This document shows, piece by piece, positions 19,069-27,029 of a stretch of DNA of 64,000 nucleotides. The stretch comes from Candidatus Liptonbacteria bacterium (GTDB taxonomy: Bacteria > Patescibacteriota > Minisyncoccia > UBA6257 > 2-01-FULL-56-20). A program made the position numbers and the translations under genes. The notes beneath the pieces were generated by a model, which did not search any database, was not told the DNA's origin, and saw only the letters and a list, made by a program, of their open reading frames with translations. The stretch spans positions 47,269 through 111,268 of the forward strand of contig JACQKT010000016.1 in the NCBI GenBank assembly GCA_016204355.1, read 5' to 3'. How positions within the stretch are numbered: position 1 is the stretch's first letter; each line of letters begins with the position of its first letter.

Positions 19069-20355
19069 TTGACTTTGTTAATGGATAAATTTATCTTTAA
19101 TCAAACAATGAAAATCGCAATTGTATCGATAAATCTCGAGGCGCAAGGCGGGGGCAACCGCCAGATTTTGATTCTTGCAAGAAACCTTCAGAAGATGGGG
19201 AACAAGGTCGCGATATACACAGTCGCCGCAAATAAAGGAGCATTCTCGAAAATTCAGGAAAATTTGGATGTCAGGGTTATTCCTGCGCCGGGCGGAGCGA
19301 TGGACTGGAAAGCGAAACAAACGGGGTTCATCGGCAGAATGCTTTCAAGGATGCACCATTACCGGCAGGAACTGGAGGCGGCGAAGACGATTGCCGAAGC
19401 GATGGACGCCGATTTCGATGTCGTGAACGTGCACGATTTCGCCTATCAGGCGGCGTATTTTTACAAAAAGAGAAATCCGTCGTGCCGCGTCGTCTGGACA
19501 ATGAACGAGCCGCCGTATATTCATCTTAAAAAAGACGACTTCCTTTCCAATATCGGCAGTATCGTTTACAACAAAATGCGCGATTTCACTGAAAAGAAAT
19601 TCATTCGTGCCGTCGATGCCGGGGCTGTTCTCGCGCCTTTCCAGATGGAGTGGTTGAAAAAAAGGGGAGTAAATGAATCGAGAGTGATAATAAGCGGCGT
19701 CGATTTCGATGACTTCTACGCGCCGGCAAAAAGATTGCCTCAGGATTTGAGCAAAGAGCCCTTCGGCAAGGCTCAGAGCGGGCCGCTGAAGTTGATGACG
19801 CTCGGAACGCCGAACAAATATCGCCGGTACGAAGACGCGATAATTGCCGCTAAAATTCTCCGCGATAAGGGATTGAATGTTCGCCTAGATGTCGTTGCCA
19901 ATAACGTCTGGCAGGAAAACGAATATTGCGGAATGCTCGAAAAGCTCGTTAAAGAAAACAATCTCGAAAGTATCGTAAAGCTGAGTTTCGCGGGCGTTTC
20001 AGAAGAAGAACTGCGCCGGCTTTACAAGGAAAGCCATATACTTTTGCATCTTATCCACGTGCCGCCTATAAGGAGCGGTTCGACTTTCGGACTCGTTATA
20101 TGGGAAGCGATGGCGGCGGGAATTCTTGTTATAGCAAACCACGAACCGAAGCTCGGCTCGCGGCTGACCGACGGCGAAAACGCGGTTTTCGTAAAGCCCG
20201 AGAACGCCGCCGACCTTGCCGAAAAAATAGAAAAAATCGCCTCGCAGCCGGAACTATATTTCAAAATCGCGCAAAGCAGCCAGCGGTTCGTCAAAGAAAA
20301 CATATCGTGGGACATTTATGCCCGCGAAATGATGGAGTTGTTTACCCCAGTATAA
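19069..20355 (+). CDS. Glycosyltransferase family 4 (GT-B, retaining)
   Basis: MKIAIVS start region (probable true start ~19108); C-terminal EAMAAGILVI motif; paralog of the GT4 at 29.1 kb. Confidence 0.75.
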   Translation: MTLLMDKFIFNQTMKIAIVSINLEAQGGGNRQILILARNLQKMGNKVAIYTVAANKGAFSKIQENLDVRVIPAPGGAMDWKAKQTGFIGRMLSRMHHYRQELEAAKTIAEAMDADFDVVNVHDFAYQAAYFYKKRNPSCRVVWTMNEPPYIHLKKDDFLSNIGSIVYNKMRDFTEKKFIRAVDAGAVLAPFQMEWLKKRGVNESRVIISGVDFDDFYAPAKRLPQDLSKEPFGKAQSGPLKLMTLGTPNKYRRYEDAIIAAKILRDKGLNVRLDVVANNVWQENEYCGMLEKLVKENNLESIVKLSFAGVSEEELRRLYKESHILLHLIHVPPIRSGSTFGLVIWEAMAAGILVIANHEPKLGSRLTDGENAVFVKPENAADLAEKIEKIASQPELYFKIAQSSQRFVKENISWDIYAREMMELFTPV

Positions 20356-20370
20356 AATATTTATTGCCGG

Positions 20371-20616
20371 CGGTTTGTAAAGAAAACCGTCTCGCAGGCC
20401 GAACGGGCATGGTGCGTCATCCGTGTTTTTCGGAACCGCGGTTCGTACACTCCTGCGGCGTACGCCCGCTGCCTCTCGCTCCGACGTATTCGCAAAGCGA
20501 ATAACCAAGCCGTCGGAGCTCCGAGAGCTTCCTTAAAAATACGGATGACGCGAGCGAGGCCGAGAGCGAGCGCAAATTCCTCGCTGGGGAATTTGATAGC
20601 GTGTTTTCGTACAAAC
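20371..20616. repeat. GC-rich ~245-bp imperfect palindrome with nested inverted repeats (MITE-like or structured-RNA element)
   Basis: Terminal inverted repeats GCCGGCGGTTTGTA / TACAAACCGCCGGC; internal pairs GCGTCATCCGT/ACGGATGACGC and CTCTCGCTCCGACG/CGTCGGAGCTCCGAGAG; centre TATTCGCaaaGCGAATA. Confidence 0.7.
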
Positions 20617-20634
20617 CGCCGGCGGGAAAACTTA

Positions 20635-21831
20635 TTAAGAAATAACCTTGAACTTCGGGATGGAAACTATGAATTTCCCGCCCCTCTTGAAGAATCCTTT
20701 TTCTCTTTCCTTCTTTTTGAAGGATTCGATGAACCCCCACGGGAGAACGAAGAAATAATCGGGCTTTTCTGCCCTTGCATTACCCTCTTTTATTATCGGA
20801 ACCAATGTTCCGACGGTGAACTTGCCCCATTTTTTGGGGTCTTTGTCGGCAGCGGCGGCGATCAGTTTCGAGTTCAAGCCGTAATACTGGAGAATCGTGT
20901 TTCCCTTCGTTGAAGCTCCGTAAGCGTAAACCTTCTTTCCTTTTTTAACTTCCTTTTTGATGAACTCGACGGTTTTTTTCTTGTTTTCGACGAGACGTTT
21001 CGCGAATGCCTTGTAGTCGAATTTCAGTTCGCGGTATTTTATGCTTCCTTTCTTCAATTTTCTCGCGAACAGGCGGTAGCTGCCGCCGTTTATGCCGTTT
21101 TCCTCGACTTTGAAAATTTCCAATCCGTTTTTCTCAAAAAGATAAACCAGCGAGGGATAAGAATAAAATTCCAAATGTTCGTGGCAGATATTTCCAACGT
21201 CGTTTTTGAGAATCATCGGCTTGAGCGTCATCATCTGGGCGATGAAAAGGCCGTCGTCGGCGAGAACGCGCGCCGCGTCCCTGACGAACTGACTCGGGTC
21301 TTCCATGTCGTAGAACATCCCGATGGCCGTGATGATTTTCGCTTTCGGCAGACCGAGCTTGTCATATGTTTTCTTGTACCAGAAATCGTGGATGGCATAA
21401 TCGGCGTTTTTGCGGAGTTTCGCCTGAAGGTTGTCCGCCGGCTCACAGCCAACGCGAATGTATTTCTTCGGAACGAAACCGAGCATTGTGCCGTCGTTGG
21501 CGCCGATATCGAGAAAAACATCGCCTTTTTTCGGCTTGGCCATTTTTATGGTCTGCGAAACTATTTGCTTGAGGTCGCTGACGATGACGTTATTTATTCC
21601 GGACTCGTACCAGTAGTGGCGCGAGTACATAAGTTCCTGCGGAGCCGTGTGCTTGAGTTGAAGAAGGTCGCATTTCGGATTTTGGCAGAGGACCAGTTCG
21701 AGAGGCGAGCGCATTCCTTTTTCTTTTCTGCTTTTTACGAAAGTGGAAACGTAAAGATTTCCGAGATTGAGAATGCTTTTGAGTTTATTCGACCCGCAGA
21801 GCCGGCATGTTTTTCTTGTGATTATTTTCAT
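20635..21831 (-). CDS. SAM-dependent methyltransferase with N-terminal zinc ribbon and C-terminal C-methyltransferase domain (TylCIII/NDP-hexose 3-C-methyltransferase-like)
   Basis: Start taken at MKIITRKTCRLCGSNK...CQNPKC (4-Cys ribbon); LDIGANDG SAM motif; C-terminal Methyltransf_14-like region. The upstream 84 codons of the ORF are intergenic. Confidence 0.65.
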   Translation of the reverse strand: MKIITRKTCRLCGSNKLKSILNLGNLYVSTFVKSRKEKGMRSPLELVLCQNPKCDLLQLKHTAPQELMYSRHYWYESGINNVIVSDLKQIVSQTIKMAKPKKGDVFLDIGANDGTMLGFVPKKYIRVGCEPADNLQAKLRKNADYAIHDFWYKKTYDKLGLPKAKIITAIGMFYDMEDPSQFVRDAARVLADDGLFIAQMMTLKPMILKNDVGNICHEHLEFYSYPSLVYLFEKNGLEIFKVEENGINGGSYRLFARKLKKGSIKYRELKFDYKAFAKRLVENKKKTVEFIKKEVKKGKKVYAYGASTKGNTILQYYGLNSKLIAAAADKDPKKWGKFTVGTLVPIIKEGNARAEKPDYFFVLPWGFIESFKKKEREKGFFKRGGKFIVSIPKFKVIS

Positions 21832-21877
21832 GAGGTATATGTTAAAGGAAATGTTATTAAGGGGCAATATCCGGGGG

Positions 21878-21905
21878 TTGACAGCTGCCGTCCATAGGCT
21901 ATAAT
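21878..21905 (+). promoter_or_regulatory. Near-consensus sigma70 promoter (TTGACA-16 nt-TATAAT), 11 nt before the ATG (near-leaderless)
   Basis: Read directly; drives the RHH-cysD-cysN operon. Confidence 0.6.
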
Positions 21906-21916
21906 TACCTGTAATT

Positions 21917-22129
21917 ATGAAATACACCACCGTTTCCATACCGGAGCCGCTCAACAAAAAGCTCCAAAAAATCATCAAAAACAGCGGGTTTGCCTCGACT
22001 TCTTCTTTTGTTACCTTCATTCTCCGGGAGGTTCTTTCCCAGCAGAACGAAGACGGCGAAAAAGAAAAAGTGTCTTTTGACAAAGAAAGCGTAAAGGAAC
22101 ACTTGAGAGCGCTCGGCTATCTTAAATAA
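21917..22129 (+). CDS. Ribbon-helix-helix (CopG/MetJ-like) DNA-binding protein
   Basis: TVSIPEPLNKKLQKIIKNSGFASTSSFVTFILREVL matches the RHH beta-strand/helix pattern; 70 aa. Confidence 0.6.
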   Translation: MKYTTVSIPEPLNKKLQKIIKNSGFASTSSFVTFILREVLSQQNEDGEKEKVSFDKESVKEHLRALGYLK

Positions 22130-22153
22130 AATATCAAGCCAATTTTCAATAAC

Positions 22154-22939
22154 ATGAATGCGCGTTTAAAAGAACTCGAAGAAAAAAGCATATCGGTCAT
22201 AAGGGAAGCGAAGGCGCGCTTCAAGAATATCGCCATGCTTTGGAGCATGGGCAAAGATTCCACAGTAACGCTTGGGCTCGCCCGGAAAGCGTTTCTCGGA
22301 GAAATTCCGTTTCCCGTAATACATATCGATAACGGCATAGATTTTCCGGAAACTTACGAACTCCGCGAGAAAGTTTCCAAAGATTGGGGATTCGAAATGG
22401 TTGTCGAAAAAAGCATAGTCAAACGGGATAAAATTTCCGGAGTGGATTGCTGCGGCGCGAACAAAACGGACGCGCTCAAAAAAGTCATGGATGAAAGAAA
22501 AATCGACGCGCTAATAGTTTCCATACGCCGCGACGAACACGGCATCCGCGCCAAGGAACGCTATTTTTCGCCGCGCGACAAGCAGTTCAACTGGGATTAC
22601 AAAAATCAGGCGCCGGAAATTTGGGACTATCTTTCGGATTTTCCGGGGAGCGACCATGTCCGCGTGCATCCGCTTCTTCACTGGCAGGAAATAGACGTTT
22701 GGAAATATCTTAAAGCCGAAAATCTTCCGGTCAATCCGCTTTATTTTTCGAAGAACGGAAAAAGATTCCGTTCGCTCGGATGCACGAAGTGCACGGTGGC
22801 AATGGATTCGGAAGCCAAAACCATAGACGAGATAATCGCCGAACTCGAAAAAACAACCGATTCCGAACGCGGCGGCCGAGCGCAGGACAAAGAAAAGGAA
22901 TATGTGATGCAGCAGTTGCGGGCGTTAGGGTATATGTAA
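22154..22939 (+). CDS. cysD: Sulfate adenylyltransferase subunit 2 (PAPS-reductase-fold ATP pyrophosphatase)
   Basis: LWSMGKDSTV PP-loop; overall collinear with E. coli CysD including the C-terminal ...RALGYM tail. Confidence 0.8.
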   Translation: MNARLKELEEKSISVIREAKARFKNIAMLWSMGKDSTVTLGLARKAFLGEIPFPVIHIDNGIDFPETYELREKVSKDWGFEMVVEKSIVKRDKISGVDCCGANKTDALKKVMDERKIDALIVSIRRDEHGIRAKERYFSPRDKQFNWDYKNQAPEIWDYLSDFPGSDHVRVHPLLHWQEIDVWKYLKAENLPVNPLYFSKNGKRFRSLGCTKCTVAMDSEAKTIDEIIAELEKTTDSERGGRAQDKEKEYVMQQLRALGYM

Positions 22940-22965
22940 TTTTGGGTTTAGGTGTAAGCGCCAGT
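22940..22965. repeat. Intercistronic hairpin repeat, partial copy in inverted orientation (left end of insertion)
   Basis: TTTTGGGTTTAGGTGTAAGCGCC is ~identical to the 17969-17987 arm. Confidence 0.55.
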
Positions 22966-22973
22966 TAAATATT

Positions 22974-23410
22974 ATGGATGAGAAACAAAACCGGAAAACA
23001 ATTAAAAACTTCACGGATTTAGAAGTTTATCAAAACAGTTATAGTGCCTGCATTCGCGTTCATAAAGAATTACTGCCCCTACTTCCAAAGAACGAGAAAT
23101 TTGATTTATGCGATCAACTTTCTCGTTCAACAAAGGCGGTTCCAAGATTAATTGCTGAAGGATATGGCAAAAAGCATCAGAAAGAAAGCGGGATTCCAAA
23201 AATATTTAGACGATGCTATGTCTGAATGTAATGAAACTATTGTCGGAATATCACAATGCCGAGATATTTACTTACGGTATCGACAAAAATTTATGCAGCG
23301 AATTAATGGAAATATACAGCATAACTGCGCGTCAACTTTTTCGATTAGCCGAAGCATGGGATAAATTTGCTTTGGGTTACAGAAATAAAAAAACCAGCGG
23401 CCAAAACTAA
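22974..23410 (+). pseudogene. Four-helix-bundle protein (23S rRNA intervening-sequence protein family), disrupted by two +1 frameshifts
   Basis: Frame 0: FTDLEVYQNSY...LSRSTKAVPRLIAEGYGKK. The family pattern continues in frame +1 (GFQKYLDDAMSECNETIVGISQCRDIYL) and then frame +2 (LCSELMEIYSITARQLFRLAEA). Confidence 0.5.
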
Positions 23411-23414
23411 ACCC
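23393..23414 (+). repeat. Intercistronic hairpin repeat, partial copy abutting the cysN ATG (right end of insertion)
   Basis: CGGCCAAAACTAAACCC-ATG versus CGCCTAAAACTAAACCCAAACCC-ATG at 31441-31466. Confidence 0.55.
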
Positions 23415-24584
23415 ATGCCCACTCCAAGCATAGTAGTTCTTGGCCATAAGGACCACGGTAAATCCACATTTCTGGGACGGCTTCTTTTTGAGACAAACTC
23501 GGTTCCCGCCGATAAAGTGCAGACAATCAAAGAAATCGACGCCGAAGCCGGGCGTCCTTTCGAATGGGCGCATCTTCTCGACAGTTTCAAAGAAGAACGT
23601 GAGCAGGAAATGACGTACGATACCGCTTCGGTCTTCGTAAACGGCCGCGATGGGGCCTTGTACGTTTTCATAGACGTTCCCGGGCATTCCGAGCTTGTCC
23701 ACCAAATGATCTCCGGCGCTTCCAGGGCGGATATGGCGATTTTGATGGTTTCTGCCAAAGAAGGAATAGACGAAATGAGCGTCGGGCACCTTATGCTCGC
23801 GGAGTTCCTCGGCTTGGAAAAACTAATCGTCGCCGTAAACAAGATGGACGAGTTCGGGTATGAAGAAGCGGCGTTCAGCGGCATAAAAGAAAAGGTGGAA
23901 AAAATACTGGTCGGCAAATTTTCCGCGGAAGACGTTCATTACATCCCTCTTTCCGCGCGCGAGGGCGAAAACATAACGAAAGCTTCTTCGAAAATGCAGT
24001 GGTACGAAGGTTCAAGCGTTTTTGAAAAAACGGAAGAAATTATCGGTGGAATGAAGCCAGTTTCTTTGCCGTTGCGCGCGGTTGTCCAGGATGTTTACAT
24101 CCGCGCCGGAAATCGGATAGCGGCAGTCAGCGTCAAAAGCGGCGAAATGAAAAGAGGAGAAAAAATCGTTGCGCTGCCGTCCGGAAAAGTTTTTGCGGCC
24201 GATAAATTACTTTCCGTTTCCGGGGACGAAACGCAATCGGTCAAAGCAGGGGAAAACGCCGGAATTTTCGCCGAAAAGGAATGGGAAATTTCCCGCGGAA
24301 CAATCATCGCTCCAGAAAATAACAGGCCGAATTTCGCGAAAGACGCCGACAGCGAGATTTTTCTTTTCGAAAATTTCAAACCGAACGAAGCGGCAACCGT
24401 GGAATGCGGTTCGCTGAACGCTTCCCAGGGATTGATCCCGTCAGCCGCGCCGAATAAAATCCAGAAGCTGAAACTTAACCTTTCTTCCCCGGTTCTTTTC
24501 GACAAAGAAGAAACTTTTTTGAACAAGTTCGTGATAAAGCAAGGCGGTGATATAATCGGGGTCGGCAGGATAAAAGACTTTTAA
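23415..24584 (+). CDS. cysN: Sulfate adenylyltransferase subunit 1 (GTPase, EF-Tu-like), short form without APS-kinase domain
   Basis: GHKDHGKSTF (G1), DVPGH (G3), NKMD (G4). Start placed at ATG 23415, supported by the shared upstream repeat; the ORF extends further upstream into the pseudogene. Confidence 0.75.
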   Translation: MPTPSIVVLGHKDHGKSTFLGRLLFETNSVPADKVQTIKEIDAEAGRPFEWAHLLDSFKEEREQEMTYDTASVFVNGRDGALYVFIDVPGHSELVHQMISGASRADMAILMVSAKEGIDEMSVGHLMLAEFLGLEKLIVAVNKMDEFGYEEAAFSGIKEKVEKILVGKFSAEDVHYIPLSAREGENITKASSKMQWYEGSSVFEKTEEIIGGMKPVSLPLRAVVQDVYIRAGNRIAAVSVKSGEMKRGEKIVALPSGKVFAADKLLSVSGDETQSVKAGENAGIFAEKEWEISRGTIIAPENNRPNFAKDADSEIFLFENFKPNEAATVECGSLNASQGLIPSAAPNKIQKLKLNLSSPVLFDKEETFLNKFVIKQGGDIIGVGRIKDF

Positions 24585-24586
24585 TC

Positions 24587-25948
24587 ATGTCCAAAAAACC
24601 CAACGTAATACTTATAACCCTCGACGCGTTGCGCCCGGACCATCTGGGCGTTTACGGCCACAAGAAAAATACAAGCCCGTTTCTCGACTCGCTTGCGGAA
24701 AGAGGGGTTGTTTTCAAAAACTCTTTTTCGACCGGTTCGGCTACGCCGCAATCTTTCCCGGGAATACTGTCTTCGACTTACCCGCTGGATTTCGGCGGAT
24801 ATTCTCGGGAAGCGTTAAATAAAAGGACCTTGATTTCGGAGGTTTTTCAAAAAGCCGGTTATAAAACGATGGGATTCCACTCCAACGCCTATCTTTCGGA
24901 ATATTTCGGATATGGCAAAGGATGGGATGTTTTCAGGTATCTTAACTACTTCAAGAACAGCGGCGTTTCGCGGGCGATGCGTAGCAGCACCTGGCAGGCG
25001 AAGTTCGCCAAAAAACTTTTCGACTGGGAAACGAAAGGAGCCGAGAAGAAAACGATTTTTGGCCGCATAGCGAAACTGCTCGAGCCGGTTATTTCCACGC
25101 TGAGAAAAATCTATCTGAACATAGTCCGGCCGATTCCTCCCTATTACACTGCCTTCGAGATGAACGAAGCGGTAAAAGAAGAAATAAAAGAGAAACAGAA
25201 CAAGCCGGTTTTTCTTTGGGTTCACTACATGGACGCGCACGACCCTTACGGGCTTTTTCTGCGCAAAGGAAAAAATTTTTTCCCGAAAATGAAGTCGTAT
25301 TTTCTCGATTATCTTATGACTTTTTTCGGGGAATATCCGAAAGTGAACCGGCTTTTCAGGAGGTTTTATCTGGAGATGTACGACGAAGGCATACGGAATA
25401 TAGACAACGCGCTTAAAGAGCTTTTTGCTCGTCTTTCCGAAAGGGGAATCCTAAACGACGAAACCGCTGTTTTCATAACCGCTGACCACGGCGAAGAATT
25501 CGGCGAACACGGTGGGTTTATACATCCGCAAAAAGCTTTCGGCGAGAACATAAAAGTTCCTCTGATTGTTGTCGCTCCGGAGAAATTTGCCGGAGAGCCG
25601 GGGAAAACGGAAACGCCGCGTTCGCTTATCGACCTTGCGCCGACGATGCTCGCGTATTCCGGAATCTCTCAGCCGGCGAATTTCAGGGGTAAAAATATTT
25701 TCGACGGCGAAGAAAGAGACGTCATAATAGAACTTTCAACGCACGAAGCCGACCTTTCCGGAATCAGCCTTAAGGCGTCGGCGATAATTTCGGAAGGCCA
25801 CAAACTTATAAAAATGAAATCATGCAGTTTGCTTTTTTCGCTCGACGACCCGAGGGACGAAAAAAATCTTTTCGGGAAAAACGAAAAAATTGATTCGTTG
25901 CTCGGGAAGAAGCTTGAAAAATTCTTGAATTCAAACCGCAACAAATGA
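24587..25948 (+). CDS. Sulfatase-like alkaline-phosphatase-superfamily hydrolase/transferase, cytosolic, Thr at the nucleophile position
   Basis: ITLDALRPDHLGVYG, TSPFLDSLAERGVVF. The sulfatase signature C-x-P-S-R is replaced by T-P-Q-S-F. No signal peptide or TM segment. Confidence 0.6.
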   Translation: MSKKPNVILITLDALRPDHLGVYGHKKNTSPFLDSLAERGVVFKNSFSTGSATPQSFPGILSSTYPLDFGGYSREALNKRTLISEVFQKAGYKTMGFHSNAYLSEYFGYGKGWDVFRYLNYFKNSGVSRAMRSSTWQAKFAKKLFDWETKGAEKKTIFGRIAKLLEPVISTLRKIYLNIVRPIPPYYTAFEMNEAVKEEIKEKQNKPVFLWVHYMDAHDPYGLFLRKGKNFFPKMKSYFLDYLMTFFGEYPKVNRLFRRFYLEMYDEGIRNIDNALKELFARLSERGILNDETAVFITADHGEEFGEHGGFIHPQKAFGENIKVPLIVVAPEKFAGEPGKTETPRSLIDLAPTMLAYSGISQPANFRGKNIFDGEERDVIIELSTHEADLSGISLKASAIISEGHKLIKMKSCSLLFSLDDPRDEKNLFGKNEKIDSLLGKKLEKFLNSNRNK

Positions 25949-27021
25949 GAAGTCTTTATATTTTATTGGCAGGCGCGGACCAGTTCCCGAAAAGCTTTTT
26001 CGAAGGCAAAGGAATTTTTTTCCGGCCGTACGACGGTGGGAGCCCCAACGCACTTTTTTGGAACGATTTTTACGAAACGTGCGCCAAAAAAGGAGTATCT
26101 GTTAAATCCTATACGGAATGGAACAGAGAAAAGTCCAAGCCCGACGACATACTGCTCGTTTTAAACCACCCCGGCGAAACGTTGCTCTGGCGTCTTTATT
26201 ATTATCTCCGCTATCCCAAGGCGGGAGGGGGATTTTTACTTAAACGCAGAACATTTTTCCGCGAAAATTATAAATTTTTCAAAAGGAGGATTTTGATGCA
26301 GCTCGAACCGCTTGTCGCGATGCCATACGTGTATTCGCAGCTCGACGACGTTGTAAGGGCTGGTTTTTACGACAAAATTTTCATTACGAGCCGCGTTTCG
26401 AACGAAAAGTGGGAATACTTCAACTATTTCGAACATCGCGCCAGAAATATAATAAGCCCGCATTTTGACGCCTCCAAAACAAAGTACATAACGATGGTGA
26501 ATTCGAATGTCAGGCCGCATTCGCTAAAAGGCGACCTCTACGGCGAGCGGCTGAAAGCTATAAAATTTTTCAGCAATTCCCTCGATTTCGACCTGTACGG
26601 CTTCTATTGGGATTTGCCGGTAAGGCATCCGTTGTATTTCGGCTACGACAAATACGTAAAGAAATCCTGGCGCGGAAGAATCCCGGACAAATTGAAAACC
26701 GTCAGCGAATACAAATTCTCAATTTGCTTCGAAAACGGCGCGTATCCGGGATGGGTCAGCGAGAAAATTTTCGATTGCCTGGCCGCCGGTTCCATCCCCG
26801 TTTATCTCGGAGCTCCGGACATAGAAAAAATCGTTCCGCAGGATTGTTTCGTAGATTTCAGAAAATTCGGAAGTTATGCGGAGTTAAATAAATTTTTGCA
26901 CAATCTTTCCGAGAAGGAACTGGAAGAATACCGAAATAGGATAAAAAAATTTCTTAGCGCACCTGCGGATTACGGCAAAGTGAAAAAATTCGCCGATAAG
27001 GTTATTGGGGTAATCAAGTAA
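25945..27021 (+). CDS. Glycosyltransferase family 10 (alpha-1,3/4-fucosyltransferase-like)
   Basis: YKFSICFENGAYPGWVSEKIFDCLAAGSIPVYLG matches the GT10 FEN-x-YVTEK-type motif. Confidence 0.6.
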   Translation: MRSLYILLAGADQFPKSFFEGKGIFFRPYDGGSPNALFWNDFYETCAKKGVSVKSYTEWNREKSKPDDILLVLNHPGETLLWRLYYYLRYPKAGGGFLLKRRTFFRENYKFFKRRILMQLEPLVAMPYVYSQLDDVVRAGFYDKIFITSRVSNEKWEYFNYFEHRARNIISPHFDASKTKYITMVNSNVRPHSLKGDLYGERLKAIKFFSNSLDFDLYGFYWDLPVRHPLYFGYDKYVKKSWRGRIPDKLKTVSEYKFSICFENGAYPGWVSEKIFDCLAAGSIPVYLGAPDIEKIVPQDCFVDFRKFGSYAELNKFLHNLSEKELEEYRNRIKKFLSAPADYGKVKKFADKVIGVIK

Positions 27022-27029
27022 AAGGAAAT

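Larger units (their letters stand above)
22940..23414. mobile_element. Putative IVS/MITE-like insertion between cysD and cysN carrying a decayed four-helix-bundle gene, bounded by inverted partial repeats
   Basis: Flanking repeat fragments in opposite orientation; cargo gene of the type found in 23S rRNA intervening sequences. Confidence 0.35.

Noticed and set aside
20100-20913. ORFs 20100-20504, 20254-20508, 20417-20740, 20545-20913
   Set aside because: They lie inside or across the GC-rich palindromic element. The Arg/Ala-rich translations are typical of GC-rich non-coding DNA read in frame.
21175-21897. 240-aa + strand ORF inside the methyltransferase gene (and similar long antisense ORFs at 43036-43806, 58950-59549, 62010-62687, 59933-60487)
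   Set aside because: Each is antisense to a gene with strong family signatures and has no motifs of its own.
20635-22083. Long 482-aa reading of the methyltransferase ORF
   Set aside because: The first 84 codons run through the divergent promoter region with no homology. The domain signature begins at MKIITRK, so the gene was trimmed to 20635-21831.
24587-25948. Calling the cysN-adjacent enzyme a formylglycine arylsulfatase
   Set aside because: The C/S-x-P-x-R signature is absent (T-P-Q-S-F instead), so a classical FGly sulfatase mechanism is unlikely.
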